This document shows positions 1-10,349 of a stretch of DNA of 64,000 bases, in pieces. Origin of the DNA: an uncultured Flavobacteriales bacterium (lineage in GTDB: Bacteria > Bacteroidota > Bacteroidia > CAIKAF01). Made by a program: the position numbers and the translations under genes. Below the pieces are notes generated by a model, which did not search any database, was not told where the DNA came from, and saw only the letters and a list, made by a program, of their open reading frames with translations. Every line of letters begins with the position of its first letter. Position 1 is the stretch's first letter. The stretch lies in contig CAIKAF010000021.1 of NCBI GenBank assembly GCA_903825395.1, positions 25,927 through 89,926 on the forward strand, written 5' to 3'.

Positions 1-629
1 TCATACGATATTTAGATCAGAAATATGCATTAAACAGCCGTGGATTGGAATTGTCGTTATTTGCAGATGCCGGAGTTCCAAATGCATTGAACAGCCAAGT
101 TTCTTATTTGCGGTTCCTAATTAGCCTACGGAATGAAATTAATTTCGGATTGTTTGGTAAAAGCACGTTTTTAGTGCGTTCCGGATGGATGGCATTTGCC
201 AATGCGCTAACGTATCTTGATTTCACTCATTTTTTGGGCGATCAGACCTATTTTTTAGGAAACGCCCGAGAACGTGTTTCCCTTGATCAATTTCGAGCCC
301 TAGGTTACTACAAATATTCTACAAGAGGTTCTTATGTAGAGGGGCATTGGCAGCATGATTTCGAGCATACAGCGTTAAAAGAAATCCCCGTTTTACGTTC
401 ACTACGTTGGAATTACCTTGTTGGCGCCAACCTGCTCATGATGGCCGATGCCACCTTTACTCCCTATACTGAGGTGTTTTTTGGTGTAGATCGGCTATTG
501 GCAGCCGTACGGCCGCTGGAAATGTTTAACCTTCGTTTCGACATAGCCATGCAAGTCAATGAAACTGGTTTTCAGCCTCCCGTACTGCTGCTTGGCATTG
601 GCTCTAATTTTCATAAAGTACCCAAATAA
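1..629 (+). CDS. Partial CDS (C-terminal part), hypothetical protein. The reading frame is open back to the window edge, so the true start lies upstream of the window.
   Basis: No stop codon in frame between position 3 and the TTG at 45; ORF ends at 629. No recognisable motif. Confidence 0.4.
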   Translation, partial: IRYLDQKYALNSRGLELSLFADAGVPNALNSQVSYLRFLISLRNEINFGLFGKSTFLVRSGWMAFANALTYLDFTHFLGDQTYFLGNARERVSLDQFRALGYYKYSTRGSYVEGHWQHDFEHTALKEIPVLRSLRWNYLVGANLLMMADATFTPYTEVFFGVDRLLAAVRPLEMFNLRFDIAMQVNETGFQPPVLLLGIGSNFHKVPK

Positions 630-640
630 AATGTGGATGG

Positions 641-790
641 TGGCGGCTGCGGGCTTTCTCGGGTAGTACGCATCAGCAATGAGCTGGCCCAGCGGGTTTA
701 CGGTGGCTCCTAAAGTCGCCTCCGCACCTCGCGGGCCAGGTCATTGCTGCTTTGCGCGCTACCCTGATCAATCCCTGCCGCAGGCGGCGT
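641..790. repeat. GC-rich extragenic repeat element, copy 1 (orientation A: starts GGCGGCTGCGGGCTTTC, ends CAATCCCTGCCGCAGGCGGCG)
   Basis: Shares termini and a central box (GGCTCCTAAAGTCGCCTCCGCACC) with copies at 18153, 38163 and 52285, and with reverse-complement copies at 29680, 46566 and 54326. Confidence 0.7.
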
Positions 791-1641
791 TTAAACTTAT
801 GTTGGAACTAAAATCCTACAATGGGTGAATTTTGCTTTTTGGAATGTGGGGTGTGGGGTTAGGATCGGGAATAGGCATTTCTTTAAGACATGGTGTTAGG
901 GTTGAACGTTTTAAGGGGGTAGGGGGATTTTGGGTTTGGGGGGCGTTTAAGGGGTTGGGATTCCCTTTTTTGGGTTTGATGAGATACAATAGCGGTTTCC
1001 TGAAGGCTACGGTTCAGCTTTACCCAAAAAAGGTTGCTGAGCGCCCTTCGGGTCGCCGAATGTTTTTTACCATTTAAAGGAATCCTGAAATTCGATTTAT
1101 CCTCCTTTCTTTCCTCCCCTCCTGAAAAGGATGAATTTGCCAGTTCATCCAGTCTCATTCCCATGCTCCCGCTTCCTGCACCAGCAAAGTTGCCTTTGCA
1201 TGATTCAGAAAGCTTTTCTGAGACTCCCCAAGGCGAACTTGATACCGCTTTTCAGCGTCACCAAATTCCCGTAGTTCACTCCAAAAAGTTCCCTAACTGT
1301 TCTTCGCCACCCCAATACGTGACGAATCTATCCTTTTTAACGTTTCATCGATGAACTTCAAATTTACGCGAGGATTTTCAAAGTTTCAAGGGGAAATGGC
1401 ATTTTGGTGCAATTTTTTATTTGAACAATTAGAAAAAACTAAAATTCTACTCTATGTAAGTCATGCCTTTTAAGGCTTTATAGCTCAAACATAGAATAGA
1501 ACAAAAGTTTTGGCAATGATTAATCCTACCCGAAACCTTTTATTATTTGGCTCCAAATGATAACATAGCTTTCAATCGATAAAAACGGGCGACTTCAAAC
1601 CCAGAATAGGATTTCCCCCACAGTTCATTTAAAAAATGACC

Positions 1642-2373
1642 TTAGAAATTCGGTTTTAACGTGTATTTGCTGTAAAAATCTGTAATGATTTTCACCGCCT
1701 CGTCAGCTGAATCGGCCAATTGAAATAAATTCAAATCCTGTGGGCTTATGTTGCCTTCTGCTTCCAATAAAGATTTTTTAATCCAATCGATTAAGCCAGA
1801 CCAATACTCTGAACCCATTAAAACGATAGGGAATTTACCAATCTTAAAGGTCTGTATCAATGTTAACGATTCAAACAATTCATCCAGGGTTCCAAAGCCT
1901 CCGGGTAATACGATAAAACCTTGTGAGTATTTGACAAACATCACTTTACGGACGAAGAAATAATCAAAATTCAAGTTTTTATCGCTATCAATGTATGGAT
2001 TTGGCTCTTGTTCGAAAGGCAATTCAATGTTTAAACCAACAGATTTACCGCCTCCCTCACGGGCACCTTTATTGGCAGCCTCCATAATTCCAGGGCCGCC
2101 TCCAGAGATGATTCCAAATCCTTGTTGAGTTAATTTATGTGCCACTTCAGAAGCCAAAGCATAGTATTTGTTGTCAGTTTTTGTTCTGGCAGATCCAAAA
2201 ATGGAAACACAAGGGCCAATTTTGCTCATTTTTTCAAAGCCCTCAACAAACTCACCCATTATTTTAAACAAGGCCCAAGAGTCGTTGGTGCGAATTTCTG
2301 TCCAATCTTTTTCCTTAAAGGCATCCTTAATTTTGTCTTCGCCATTCATGGCGTATTCTTCTTTATCAATCAT
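1642..2373 (-). CDS. LOG family protein (TIGR00730 Rossmann-fold nucleotide-binding, cytokinin riboside 5'-monophosphate phosphoribohydrolase-like)
   Basis: Motifs GGGPGIMEA and PGGFGTLDELFE are typical of the LOG/YvdD family. Confidence 0.8.
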   Translation of the reverse strand: MIDKEEYAMNGEDKIKDAFKEKDWTEIRTNDSWALFKIMGEFVEGFEKMSKIGPCVSIFGSARTKTDNKYYALASEVAHKLTQQGFGIISGGGPGIMEAANKGAREGGGKSVGLNIELPFEQEPNPYIDSDKNLNFDYFFVRKVMFVKYSQGFIVLPGGFGTLDELFESLTLIQTFKIGKFPIVLMGSEYWSGLIDWIKKSLLEAEGNISPQDLNLFQLADSADEAVKIITDFYSKYTLKPNF

Positions 2374-2396
2374 ATTACGTTATTAGAGGCGAAAGA

Positions 2397-5213
2397 TCAC
2401 AATTCTTTTGCTAAAAAGCGAGCCGTATGGTTGTCGTGTAAGGAAACGAAATCTTCCGGCAGACCTTGAAATAGCACTTGGCCTCCTTGGTTACCGCCTT
2501 CCGGACCTAAATCAATCAAATAATCAGCAGACTTAATCACATCCATGTTGTGTTCAATAACCACGACGGAATTGCCCTTTTCCACCAATTTATTTAACAC
2601 ATTTAGTAGCAGACGTACATCTTCAAAATGCAATCCAGTAGTGGGTTCATCTAAAATATACATGGTGTTGCCTGTTCCGGGGCGTTGCAATTCGGTAGCC
2701 AATTTTACACGTTGAGCTTCACCGCCAGATAAGGTGGTGGAGCGTTGTCCTAGTGTTAGGTATCCAAGACCGATTTCATTCAAAACGGAAATTTTTTTAT
2801 AAATGGATGGTATGTGTTCAAAAAACGTCACGGCTGTTTCTAAATTCATATCCAAAACATCTGAAATGGAGGCCCCTTTATACCTCACTTCCAATGTCTC
2901 TGAATTGTAGCGCTTACCTTGACAGGTTGGACACATTACTTCCACGTCTGGAAGGAAATTCATTTCAATGACCTCAACACCTCCACCACCACAGGTTTCG
3001 CATCGGCCTCCTTTCACATTGAAGGAAAAGCGACCTGCTGAATAGCCTCTAATTTTAGATTCTGGAAGCAAAGCAAACAAGGAGCGTATATCATTAAAAA
3101 CTCCGGTATACGTAGCTGGGTTGCTTCTCGGGGTTCTACCAATGGGAGATTGATCTACCCGTATTACCTTATCTAAATTTGAAATACCTTTAAATGAATC
3201 GTAGCGTAGGTTCGGCAATTCAGCCCGATTTAGGGTGTTGGCCAACACGGGATACATGGTTTCATTGATCAACGTTGATTTGCCACTTCCTGAAACTCCC
3301 GTAATACATACAAAGCAGCCCAATGGAATAGAAACATTAACGGACTTCAGATTATTTCCACTCGCTCCCAAAATACGCAATTGTTTCCCATTGCCTTTCC
3401 GGCGGATGGTTGGAGTTGCTAAGGATAGTTTCCCTTTTAAATACTGGGCAGTAATGGAATCTAATTTCATCATTTCTTTTGGAGGACCAGATGCAACAAT
3501 GGTTCCTCCATGAACTCCAGCACCAGGCCCTACATCAATTAGGAAGTCTGATTCCAGCATGATGTCCTTATCGTGCTCAACAACCAAAATCGAGTTTCCT
3601 GTATCTCTAAGGCTTTTCAATGCCTTTATTAGCCTATGATTGTCGCGTTGGTGAAGACCTATAGACGGTTCGTCAAGAATATATAACACTCCAACTAATT
3701 TTGAACCAATTTGGGTCGCAAGGCGAATACGTTGAGCCTCGCCTCCAGATAGAGTTCTTGCTCCTCGATTTAAAGTCAAATATCCCAAGCCAACTTCCAA
3801 TAAAAACGATATCCGGTGTTTTAACTCCTTAATCACTTCTGCAGCTACAGCAAGTTGTTTTTTAGACAAATGAGCAGGTAAATCTTCAATGAATTCATCC
3901 AACTCTACAATACTAAGTTTACTTACATCAATGATAGAACTTGAATTTAGGACAAAATGTCTAGCTTCAGGTTTCAATCGACTACCCTGGCAAGCCGAGC
4001 ATTCTTTAAATTCCATAAACCCTTTTGCCCAACGGTTTAATCGACTGCTGTGGTCATTTTCGGCCTGCTCAACAATAAACGGAGCAATCCCATCGAACCG
4101 AAAACTGCCAGTAACCCCAGAAATTGGGCTTTTAAATTTCAGCGGTTCAGGATGACCATTTAATATGGTTGCTCGAATTTCTTCTGGTAAATCCCCAATG
4201 GCATCATCCAACGAAAAGCCAAGAGCCCATCCCGCTTGTTCCAACTGCTTAAACATCCAACCTTGTTTTTGAGCACCCAATGGGGCAATCCCCCCCTTTT
4301 TAATAGATAGATTTGGATTGGGGAATATTTTGTCTTCGGCAACGACATTGACCTGCCCAATTCCGTTGCAAGTGGAACAGGCTCCGTATGGGCTATTGAA
4401 TGAAAACAAATTTGGTGCAGGCTCATCAAATGAAATGCCAGAGGTAGGACACATCAAATTTTTTGAAAAGAAAACGGGAGTAGAACTGTCTTTTAAAAGA
4501 ACCATTACGCTCCCCTTACCTAATTTCAATGCTACATCTAAAGACCGATCTAGCCGTTTTGTTTTTTCTGCCTCCACCAGAAGTGAATCCACTGCAATTT
4601 CAATATCGTGGACCTTATACCGATCTACCTTGAGTCCATGGGTAATTTCTTTGAATTCTCCGTCAATACGAACTTTTAGAAAGCCAAGCTTTGCACATCG
4701 TTCAAAAAGCTCTCTATAGTGACCTTTTCTACCCTTTACCAATGGAGCTAATATTTGTATGGATTGCCCTTGGAACTGATTTAGAATTGCATCCAGCATT
4801 TGCTTTTGGCTGTATCGAACCATAGGTTCTCCGGTCACAGGCGATAAAGCAATGGAAGCCCGGGCATATAAAACCCTCAAAAAATCATAGATCTCAGTGA
4901 TAGTACCTACGGTAGAGCGGGGATTTTTATTGGTGGTTTTTTGCTCAATGGCTACCACAGGGCTCAACCCATGTATCCGATCTACATCTGGCCGCTCAAG
5001 ATTCCCTAAAAATTGACGTACATAGGCCGAGAAACTCTCTAAATACCGTCTTTGACCTTCGGCATAGATCGTATCAAATGCCAACGAAGATTTCCCCGAA
5101 CCCGATAAACCAGTAATTACAACGAGTGAATTACGTGGGAATTCAACATCAATGTTTTTCAAATTATGCTCACGGGCACCTTCAACCCTAAGGGTAGATT
5201 TTCTTTTATCCAT
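2397..5213 (-). CDS. uvrA: Excinuclease ABC subunit A
   Basis: 938 aa; two ABC ATPase modules ([24 protein letters not shown]), zinc-finger cysteines and LSGGEAQR signature motifs. Confidence 0.95.
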   Translation of the reverse strand: MDKRKSTLRVEGAREHNLKNIDVEFPRNSLVVITGLSGSGKSSLAFDTIYAEGQRRYLESFSAYVRQFLGNLERPDVDRIHGLSPVVAIEQKTTNKNPRSTVGTITEIYDFLRVLYARASIALSPVTGEPMVRYSQKQMLDAILNQFQGQSIQILAPLVKGRKGHYRELFERCAKLGFLKVRIDGEFKEITHGLKVDRYKVHDIEIAVDSLLVEAEKTKRLDRSLDVALKLGKGSVMVLLKDSSTPVFFSKNLMCPTSGISFDEPAPNLFSFNSPYGACSTCNGIGQVNVVAEDKIFPNPNLSIKKGGIAPLGAQKQGWMFKQLEQAGWALGFSLDDAIGDLPEEIRATILNGHPEPLKFKSPISGVTGSFRFDGIAPFIVEQAENDHSSRLNRWAKGFMEFKECSACQGSRLKPEARHFVLNSSSIIDVSKLSIVELDEFIEDLPAHLSKKQLAVAAEVIKELKHRISFLLEVGLGYLTLNRGARTLSGGEAQRIRLATQIGSKLVGVLYILDEPSIGLHQRDNHRLIKALKSLRDTGNSILVVEHDKDIMLESDFLIDVGPGAGVHGGTIVASGPPKEMMKLDSITAQYLKGKLSLATPTIRRKGNGKQLRILGASGNNLKSVNVSIPLGCFVCITGVSGSGKSTLINETMYPVLANTLNRAELPNLRYDSFKGISNLDKVIRVDQSPIGRTPRSNPATYTGVFNDIRSLFALLPESKIRGYSAGRFSFNVKGGRCETCGGGGVEVIEMNFLPDVEVMCPTCQGKRYNSETLEVRYKGASISDVLDMNLETAVTFFEHIPSIYKKISVLNEIGLGYLTLGQRSTTLSGGEAQRVKLATELQRPGTGNTMYILDEPTTGLHFEDVRLLLNVLNKLVEKGNSVVVIEHNMDVIKSADYLIDLGPEGGNQGGQVLFQGLPEDFVSLHDNHTARFLAKEL

Positions 5214-5261
5214 GCTTGAAAAACCCTAATTTGTAGAAAATGTTCAGGGGTTAATTTGGGT

Positions 5262-6365
5262 TTATTTTTGGCTGTCAGTAAACTCTGTTACTTTATTGCC
5301 CTTTTTAATGGTCAAGCTATAAATGCTAAAACTCATGCTTAAGATGATACCCAAAATCAACATGAAATAATAGACGTTTAGTTTGCTAAAGGTAAAAAGT
5401 ACCACGACTCCTGTTCCTGAGCATATTATAGAAATAGCAGAAAACACAATGGCCGTTTGGCGCTCACTAAACCCTTTATATACCATATGGTGGGTGGTAT
5501 GGTCTCGGCCACCAATAAATGGTGATTTCCCGGAAATCAATCTATTAATAGTAACAGTAGCCGTATCCGTTATTGGGATAAAGAAAAACAGATAAATAAG
5601 CAGAAAAGCCCAATGTATATTACCAATAAATAAACCCGAACTTAAGCCGGTTGAATTTCCATTCCAAATTAACGGAATGCTTAACCCTCCAATAAACACC
5701 CCGAGAAACATGCTTCCCGTATCGCCCATAAACATCTTAGATGGAGACCAATTATAAAATAAAAATGCCAATAAGGCGGCACTTTCTCCGGCAATCAAAG
5801 GAAAATAAAGAGCATTGCTATTAGGCAAAGACCGAACAGCCATAATTCCGGCCAACCCCAAAAGGATAACAAAGGAAACTGAACTGGTAATGCCATCCAT
5901 GTTATCCAACATGTTCAAAGAATTCATTATGCCCACAATCCACAAAACGGTAAGGGCAGAATCAAGTATGGAATGGTCAAAAAGGTGAATCTTCAAACCA
6001 GATGAGGTCAAAATCAATCCACAAAGAAATTGACCAGCAAATTTGAGCCATGGCTTTGTATTGTACGCATCATCAGCCAATCCAATAAGAAAACCCAGCG
6101 TTACGGCTCCAGCAAGACCTAACACCTCAGGTTTTACTACATCATCCGGATACATTAGCATTGAAAAAACCAAGGAGGTCAAGAAAACAATGAAAAATCC
6201 AATTCCTCCAACCGAAGGCTTTACTGTTGTTGACCAACGAATCAGGTTTCCTTGATTTCGATTGCCCAAATTCGATGAAAATTTCAACAACAAAGCATAA
6301 ATCAATAAAGCCAAGCTGCCACTAAAAACAACGAAAAGGCTATATACTACTTCCGGTTTAAACAC
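5262..6365 (-). CDS. Glycosyltransferase family 4 (MraY/WecA-like polyprenyl-phosphate HexNAc-1-phosphate transferase), initiating enzyme for glycan assembly
   Basis: Polytopic membrane protein, 367 aa, with conserved MraY/WecA-type motifs (DDxxD-like LADDAYN, NMLDNMDG). Confidence 0.8.
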   Translation of the reverse strand: MFKPEVVYSLFVVFSGSLALLIYALLLKFSSNLGNRNQGNLIRWSTTVKPSVGGIGFFIVFLTSLVFSMLMYPDDVVKPEVLGLAGAVTLGFLIGLADDAYNTKPWLKFAGQFLCGLILTSSGLKIHLFDHSILDSALTVLWIVGIMNSLNMLDNMDGITSSVSFVILLGLAGIMAVRSLPNSNALYFPLIAGESAALLAFLFYNWSPSKMFMGDTGSMFLGVFIGGLSIPLIWNGNSTGLSSGLFIGNIHWAFLLIYLFFFIPITDTATVTINRLISGKSPFIGGRDHTTHHMVYKGFSERQTAIVFSAISIICSGTGVVVLFTFSKLNVYYFMLILGIILSMSFSIYSLTIKKGNKVTEFTDSQK

Positions 6366-6373
6366 GCTACAAA

Positions 6374-6919
6374 TTAATTGAAGGGAGTTTGAAAATCAGA
6401 AAAAAGCCCAGCTCGCTTATCCTTTTCTGAAAGAATAGGATTTTGAATATCCCATTGTATGTTAAACGTAGGGTCATTCCATGCCAAACCATCCTCGGCA
6501 TCTTTACAATAAAAATTGCTGCATTTATAAGAAAAAAGAGTAGGGGTTTCTAAGGCCAGAAAACCATGCGCAAATCCCTCGGGAATAAATAGCATTTCTC
6601 TTTTTTTATCGTCCAAAAGGAAACTTCTATGATGACCATAGGTAGGAGAAGAGCGACGGATATCCACAACCACATCTAAGGCAGCACCCCGAATCACGCG
6701 AACCAATTTAGCTTGAGCATGAGGCGGATGTTGAAAATGCAATCCCCTTAAAACGCCCTTTTCTGATTGAGACTCGTTGTCTTGAACAAAATCAACATCC
6801 AAATTCAATCGATTGAATACAGAACGATTAAAACTCTCCATAAAATATCCCCGATCGTCTTCAAAAACTCTTGGACGGAGCAAAATTAAGCCACCAATGC
6901 CGGTTTCAATCTTTTCCAT
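6374..6919 (-). CDS. rfbC: dTDP-4-dehydrorhamnose 3,5-epimerase
   Basis: 181 aa cupin; GLHFQ, RGLHFQHPPHAQAKLVRV and IPEGFAHGF motifs typical of RmlC. Confidence 0.9.
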   Translation of the reverse strand: MEKIETGIGGLILLRPRVFEDDRGYFMESFNRSVFNRLNLDVDFVQDNESQSEKGVLRGLHFQHPPHAQAKLVRVIRGAALDVVVDIRRSSPTYGHHRSFLLDDKKREMLFIPEGFAHGFLALETPTLFSYKCSNFYCKDAEDGLAWNDPTFNIQWDIQNPILSEKDKRAGLFSDFQTPFN

Positions 6920-6926
6920 AGTTGGG

Positions 6927-9428
6927 TTAATCGTTTCTTCCAGACCGCTTTTTACTTGGAAATAACCTTCGACTTAAACCAGACCAACTCATTGGATTTT
7001 TTCTTGCCCTACGACGGCGAATTTCCTCTTCATTGTCGTCACTTGTGTACCCATATCCATATCCATAACCATACCCGTAACCATATCCATATCCGTATCC
7101 ATAACCGTAGGCATATCCATAACCATAGCCATATCCATAACCACTTCCTTTGCGTCTAAACGGCGGCAAACCATTAATGACATAACTGATTTTCTGAATT
7201 TGGTTGGTGTCGTGGAGCCGTTCTAAGTTATTAATAAAGAACTTTCTAGAATAAGAGGCCCTAAACACATAAATAGGGTAATCTGCACGCCGCAAAACAA
7301 ATACACCATCCGTTACAATTCCTACCGGTGGATTATCCACCACTACAAAATCATAGGTTTTTTGCAATTCATCCAACATGTCATCCATTCGATGGCCCAT
7401 AATCAATTCGGAAGGGTTTGGAGGAATCGGCCCAGCTGTAATGTAATCCAGGTTTTCAATTTCTGAGGTTTGGACGCAATCCTCAAAGGTGTCTCGACCA
7501 ATTAAGATGGTGCTTAAACCTTTTTTGTTGGGGGAATTGAATCCTAAGTGAATTTTAGGCTTACGCATGTCACCGTCAATAACCACGACGCGCTTGCCAG
7601 CTAAGGCAAGTATCCCTGCAATATTTAAGGCGATAAACGTTTTACCCTCCCCCGAAATCGTACTGGTAACAGCTATTAATTTACTTCCAGGGTCAGAATT
7701 GATGAAATCCAAATTGGCCCGAATATTCCTGAAGGCCTCTGCAATGGTTGATTTTGGTTTTTTATCGACAATTAACTGGGAAATGGGGAGTCCAATCTTA
7801 TATTGAAATACAATACCTAAAAATGGCACTGAAGTGTGCTTGCTAACATCAGCAATTGATAAAATTTGATTAAACAAAAGATATCTGACAACGACAATCA
7901 AAAAACTAATTATAAACCAACCAACAAAGCTTCCTCCAACAACCAATTTCTTATTTGGAGATACGGGCGTATCGTTCGGTCGGCTATACCTTAAAACCCT
8001 GTAATCGGGAGTGTAACCTTCTCTTGCCAATGAAAACTCAGCTTTCTGTTGAATTAATTCGTCGTAATACTTCTCATTAACTTCATACACACGCTCCAAA
8101 CGCGCCAATTCAATTTGGTCAGCAATACTCTTTTCAATAAAAAGTTTGCTTTCAAGATCCTTGATTCGCTGTTCGTTTTCTTTGGTTTTAAAATCTAAAC
8201 TCTCCAATTGATATTCAACAGCCTTGGCCATCCGATTTCGAATCACATCAATATGAAAATCCAATCGCTTTATCTGATTGCTAGATTCTTGGAAATTGTA
8301 TTGCATAAGCTCGCGCTGAAGCAACATATTTTGAATTTGTTGAACCAATGATGCAACACCAGGACTATTTTGAACCTGGCTTGCTAAAATGATTGCTTCT
8401 CCAACCGGTGTGCTTTTATCTAAAATCTTCTGATATACCGTTCTTGTAACTTGAAGGGTAAGTTTTAATTCTTCAATTTGTTTCTGCAATTCAAGCAATT
8501 TCCCAAAATCTCCGGCAGTAGTTAATTCAGTCGTTGGACCATCAAGACCATATTTTCGCTGATACGATTTTAAGCTTGAATCTGCTTCCTCCAACTTATC
8601 CTTGATTAAACCAAGCGTCTCATCAATATAAGTGAGCATTTTATTGGCGCTTTCTTGTTTTGAATCGATATAGAAACTCTCATAGGCCATCGCCACGGCA
8701 TTAACCATATCGGATGCTCTAAACGAGTTTACATCGGTGTACGCAATTTTAATGGTTTTGGCTTCCTCATTTTCAATTTCAATCTCAAGTCCAGGCAAAT
8801 ATTTGCCATTCAACGATTCAGGATCATTTATAACAAAGTAGTGGAAATCGTTGGTCTCGTAATAGAAATCTGGGGCCCGCCATACAACTGTCAATTCAAA
8901 ATATCCAAACTTTCTGGGCGTATTTAAAGATATAGTTTCCGTTTCCTTTGTCTCATCAATTTCAAATCGAACAGTAACCGTTCTGTCTTCATTAAAATCA
9001 ACATGGATTGGAACTCCAAAAATCAATGGATTAACCTTTTCAATTTTTATGTAGTATGGCGCCTTATTGTAATTATCCGAAGACATTATAGCTCCTTTTC
9101 GATAATACGTCACATCCAAGGGGAGTGTATCGATAACCCGTTGCAAAAACACTGGAGACCTAAGCAATTCAAGTTCTCTGGCTAAATTAAGATCAAAAAA
9201 ACTACCCTGATTCAAGTAGTCTTTCTTATCCTCATCCGCTTTGGTAAGCTGAATTACGCTAAAGGTCTCAAACGTAGGAGTCGTATACCTCAAAAATAAA
9301 AATGCAGCCGCAGCAGAAATAACACCAAGCAGCAAAATAATCCAAAGGGAACGTCGGAATATCATTCCCAGCAATGCTGGGTCTAAATCTTGGTTTATGG
9401 CGGTAACCGGCCTACGTTCGTCGCTCAT
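6927..9428 (-). CDS. Polysaccharide biosynthesis tyrosine autokinase (Wzc/BY-kinase family), with a Wzz-like N-terminal periplasmic domain
   Basis: N-terminal TM plus long coiled-coil region, second TM, C-terminal P-loop ATPase (STISGEGKTFIALNIAG, VVVIDGDMRKP). C-terminal tail is (GY)n, i.e. the tyrosine cluster. Confidence 0.85.
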   Translation of the reverse strand: MSDERRPVTAINQDLDPALLGMIFRRSLWIILLLGVISAAAAFLFLRYTTPTFETFSVIQLTKADEDKKDYLNQGSFFDLNLARELELLRSPVFLQRVIDTLPLDVTYYRKGAIMSSDNYNKAPYYIKIEKVNPLIFGVPIHVDFNEDRTVTVRFEIDETKETETISLNTPRKFGYFELTVVWRAPDFYYETNDFHYFVINDPESLNGKYLPGLEIEIENEEAKTIKIAYTDVNSFRASDMVNAVAMAYESFYIDSKQESANKMLTYIDETLGLIKDKLEEADSSLKSYQRKYGLDGPTTELTTAGDFGKLLELQKQIEELKLTLQVTRTVYQKILDKSTPVGEAIILASQVQNSPGVASLVQQIQNMLLQRELMQYNFQESSNQIKRLDFHIDVIRNRMAKAVEYQLESLDFKTKENEQRIKDLESKLFIEKSIADQIELARLERVYEVNEKYYDELIQQKAEFSLAREGYTPDYRVLRYSRPNDTPVSPNKKLVVGGSFVGWFIISFLIVVVRYLLFNQILSIADVSKHTSVPFLGIVFQYKIGLPISQLIVDKKPKSTIAEAFRNIRANLDFINSDPGSKLIAVTSTISGEGKTFIALNIAGILALAGKRVVVIDGDMRKPKIHLGFNSPNKKGLSTILIGRDTFEDCVQTSEIENLDYITAGPIPPNPSELIMGHRMDDMLDELQKTYDFVVVDNPPVGIVTDGVFVLRRADYPIYVFRASYSRKFFINNLERLHDTNQIQKISYVINGLPPFRRKGSGYGYGYGYGYAYGYGYGYGYGYGYGYGYGYGYTSDDNEEEIRRRRARKNPMSWSGLSRRLFPSKKRSGRND
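7048..7142 (-). repeat. Coding hexanucleotide microsatellite (GGN-TAY)n encoding about 16 Gly-Tyr dipeptide units (one Ala-Tyr) in the Wzc C-terminal tail
   Basis: catatcc/ataacc/gtatcc units visible on the plus strand. The other reading frames give spurious HIHIHN and MDMDM ORFs. Confidence 0.85.
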
Positions 9429-9431
9429 GAG

Positions 9432-10349
9432 TTATTTTAAATTAGCCACAACAATGATGGTAGTGACTGAACTGGCCAAAAATCCTAATGCTGTCAAATA
9501 GGGATTAATGGCAGCAAAGAAGGTTTCAATAGGTCGAATTCTAGGTTCAATGTAAACAATGTCGTTGGGCTGTAAGGTCAAATCAGCCATTTTCATTCCT
9601 TCAAGTGTTGAAATGTCCATTAAATATACCTGCGGATCTCTCAAATCGCCCCGAATCACCTTTATTCGATGTGCCTTGCCATTCGGAGAAATACCCCCCG
9701 ACATGGCAATAACTTCAAACAAATTCATATTCTCCAAAAACAAAGGAACAACTTGCGTACCAGACCCAGTTCCATTGAAAAGAAATATTCTCCGATTACC
9801 GACGCCCACCTGAACAAAAGGATTTTTAATTTCCAATTCCTTATACAACCCTTCCAAATAGGCCTCTGCCTCTCTATTTGTCATGCCAGCTAAAGGTACT
9901 CGACCTACAATCGGAAGCTTACAGGTTCCGTCAAATTCAACCAGGGCTGAGAACCCTCCACCTCCCATTCCCACTCCTCCGTTCATTCCCATGCCTCCGT
10001 TCATTCCCATACCTGCACCCATACCTCCACCAATGCCACCATTTATTCCCATACCCCCATTCATTCCAAATCCACCATTGCTAATCATTGGCGCCCCATA
10101 ATCTCCCAAAATGGAAAAATTCAACACATCATTTACAGCCAAACGATATACCGTATCTACTTTTTCAGGAATTTCATCGAACTGATAATTGGCCGGAGTC
10201 CGTAACATGAAATTAGGCTGAAAAACCCTACAACCACTGCCTCCAATAAGCAGTGCCATGGCCAACATTCCTAAAATGATTTTAGACCTTAATTTCATGA
10301 ACAACATATTCCCGCAAATGTAGGAATTATTAATGTGCTTCAATGGCAT
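9432..10349 (-). CDS. Polysaccharide export protein (Wza/GumB family outer-membrane auxiliary protein) with a Gly/Met-rich low-complexity insert
   Basis: Signal peptide with lipobox-like GGSGC. Conserved Wza-like segments (PIVGRVPLAGMT, NDIVYIEP, SBB-domain-like GEV motifs). Insert NGGFGMNGGMGINGGIGGGMGAGMGMNGGMGMNGGVGMGGGG. Confidence 0.75.
   Translation of the reverse strand: MPLKHINNSYICGNMLFMKLRSKIILGMLAMALLIGGSGCRVFQPNFMLRTPANYQFDEIPEKVDTVYRLAVNDVLNFSILGDYGAPMISNGGFGMNGGMGINGGIGGGMGAGMGMNGGMGMNGGVGMGGGGFSALVEFDGTCKLPIVGRVPLAGMTNREAEAYLEGLYKELEIKNPFVQVGVGNRRIFLFNGTGSGTQVVPLFLENMNLFEVIAMSGGISPNGKAHRIKVIRGDLRDPQVYLMDISTLEGMKMADLTLQPNDIVYIEPRIRPIETFFAAINPYLTALGFLASSVTTIIVVANLK

Noticed and set aside
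832-1354. Three overlapping 80-106-aa ORFs on both strands
   Set aside because: They lie in a G-rich/C-rich low-complexity non-coding stretch, overlap each other and have biased composition. Treated as non-coding (see G-tract finding).
6956-7183. ORFs 6956-7159 (+, His/Ile/Asn repeats) and 6989-7183 (-, Met/Asp repeats)
   Set aside because: Alternative-frame readings of the (GY)n coding microsatellite inside the Wzc gene; low-complexity frame artefacts.
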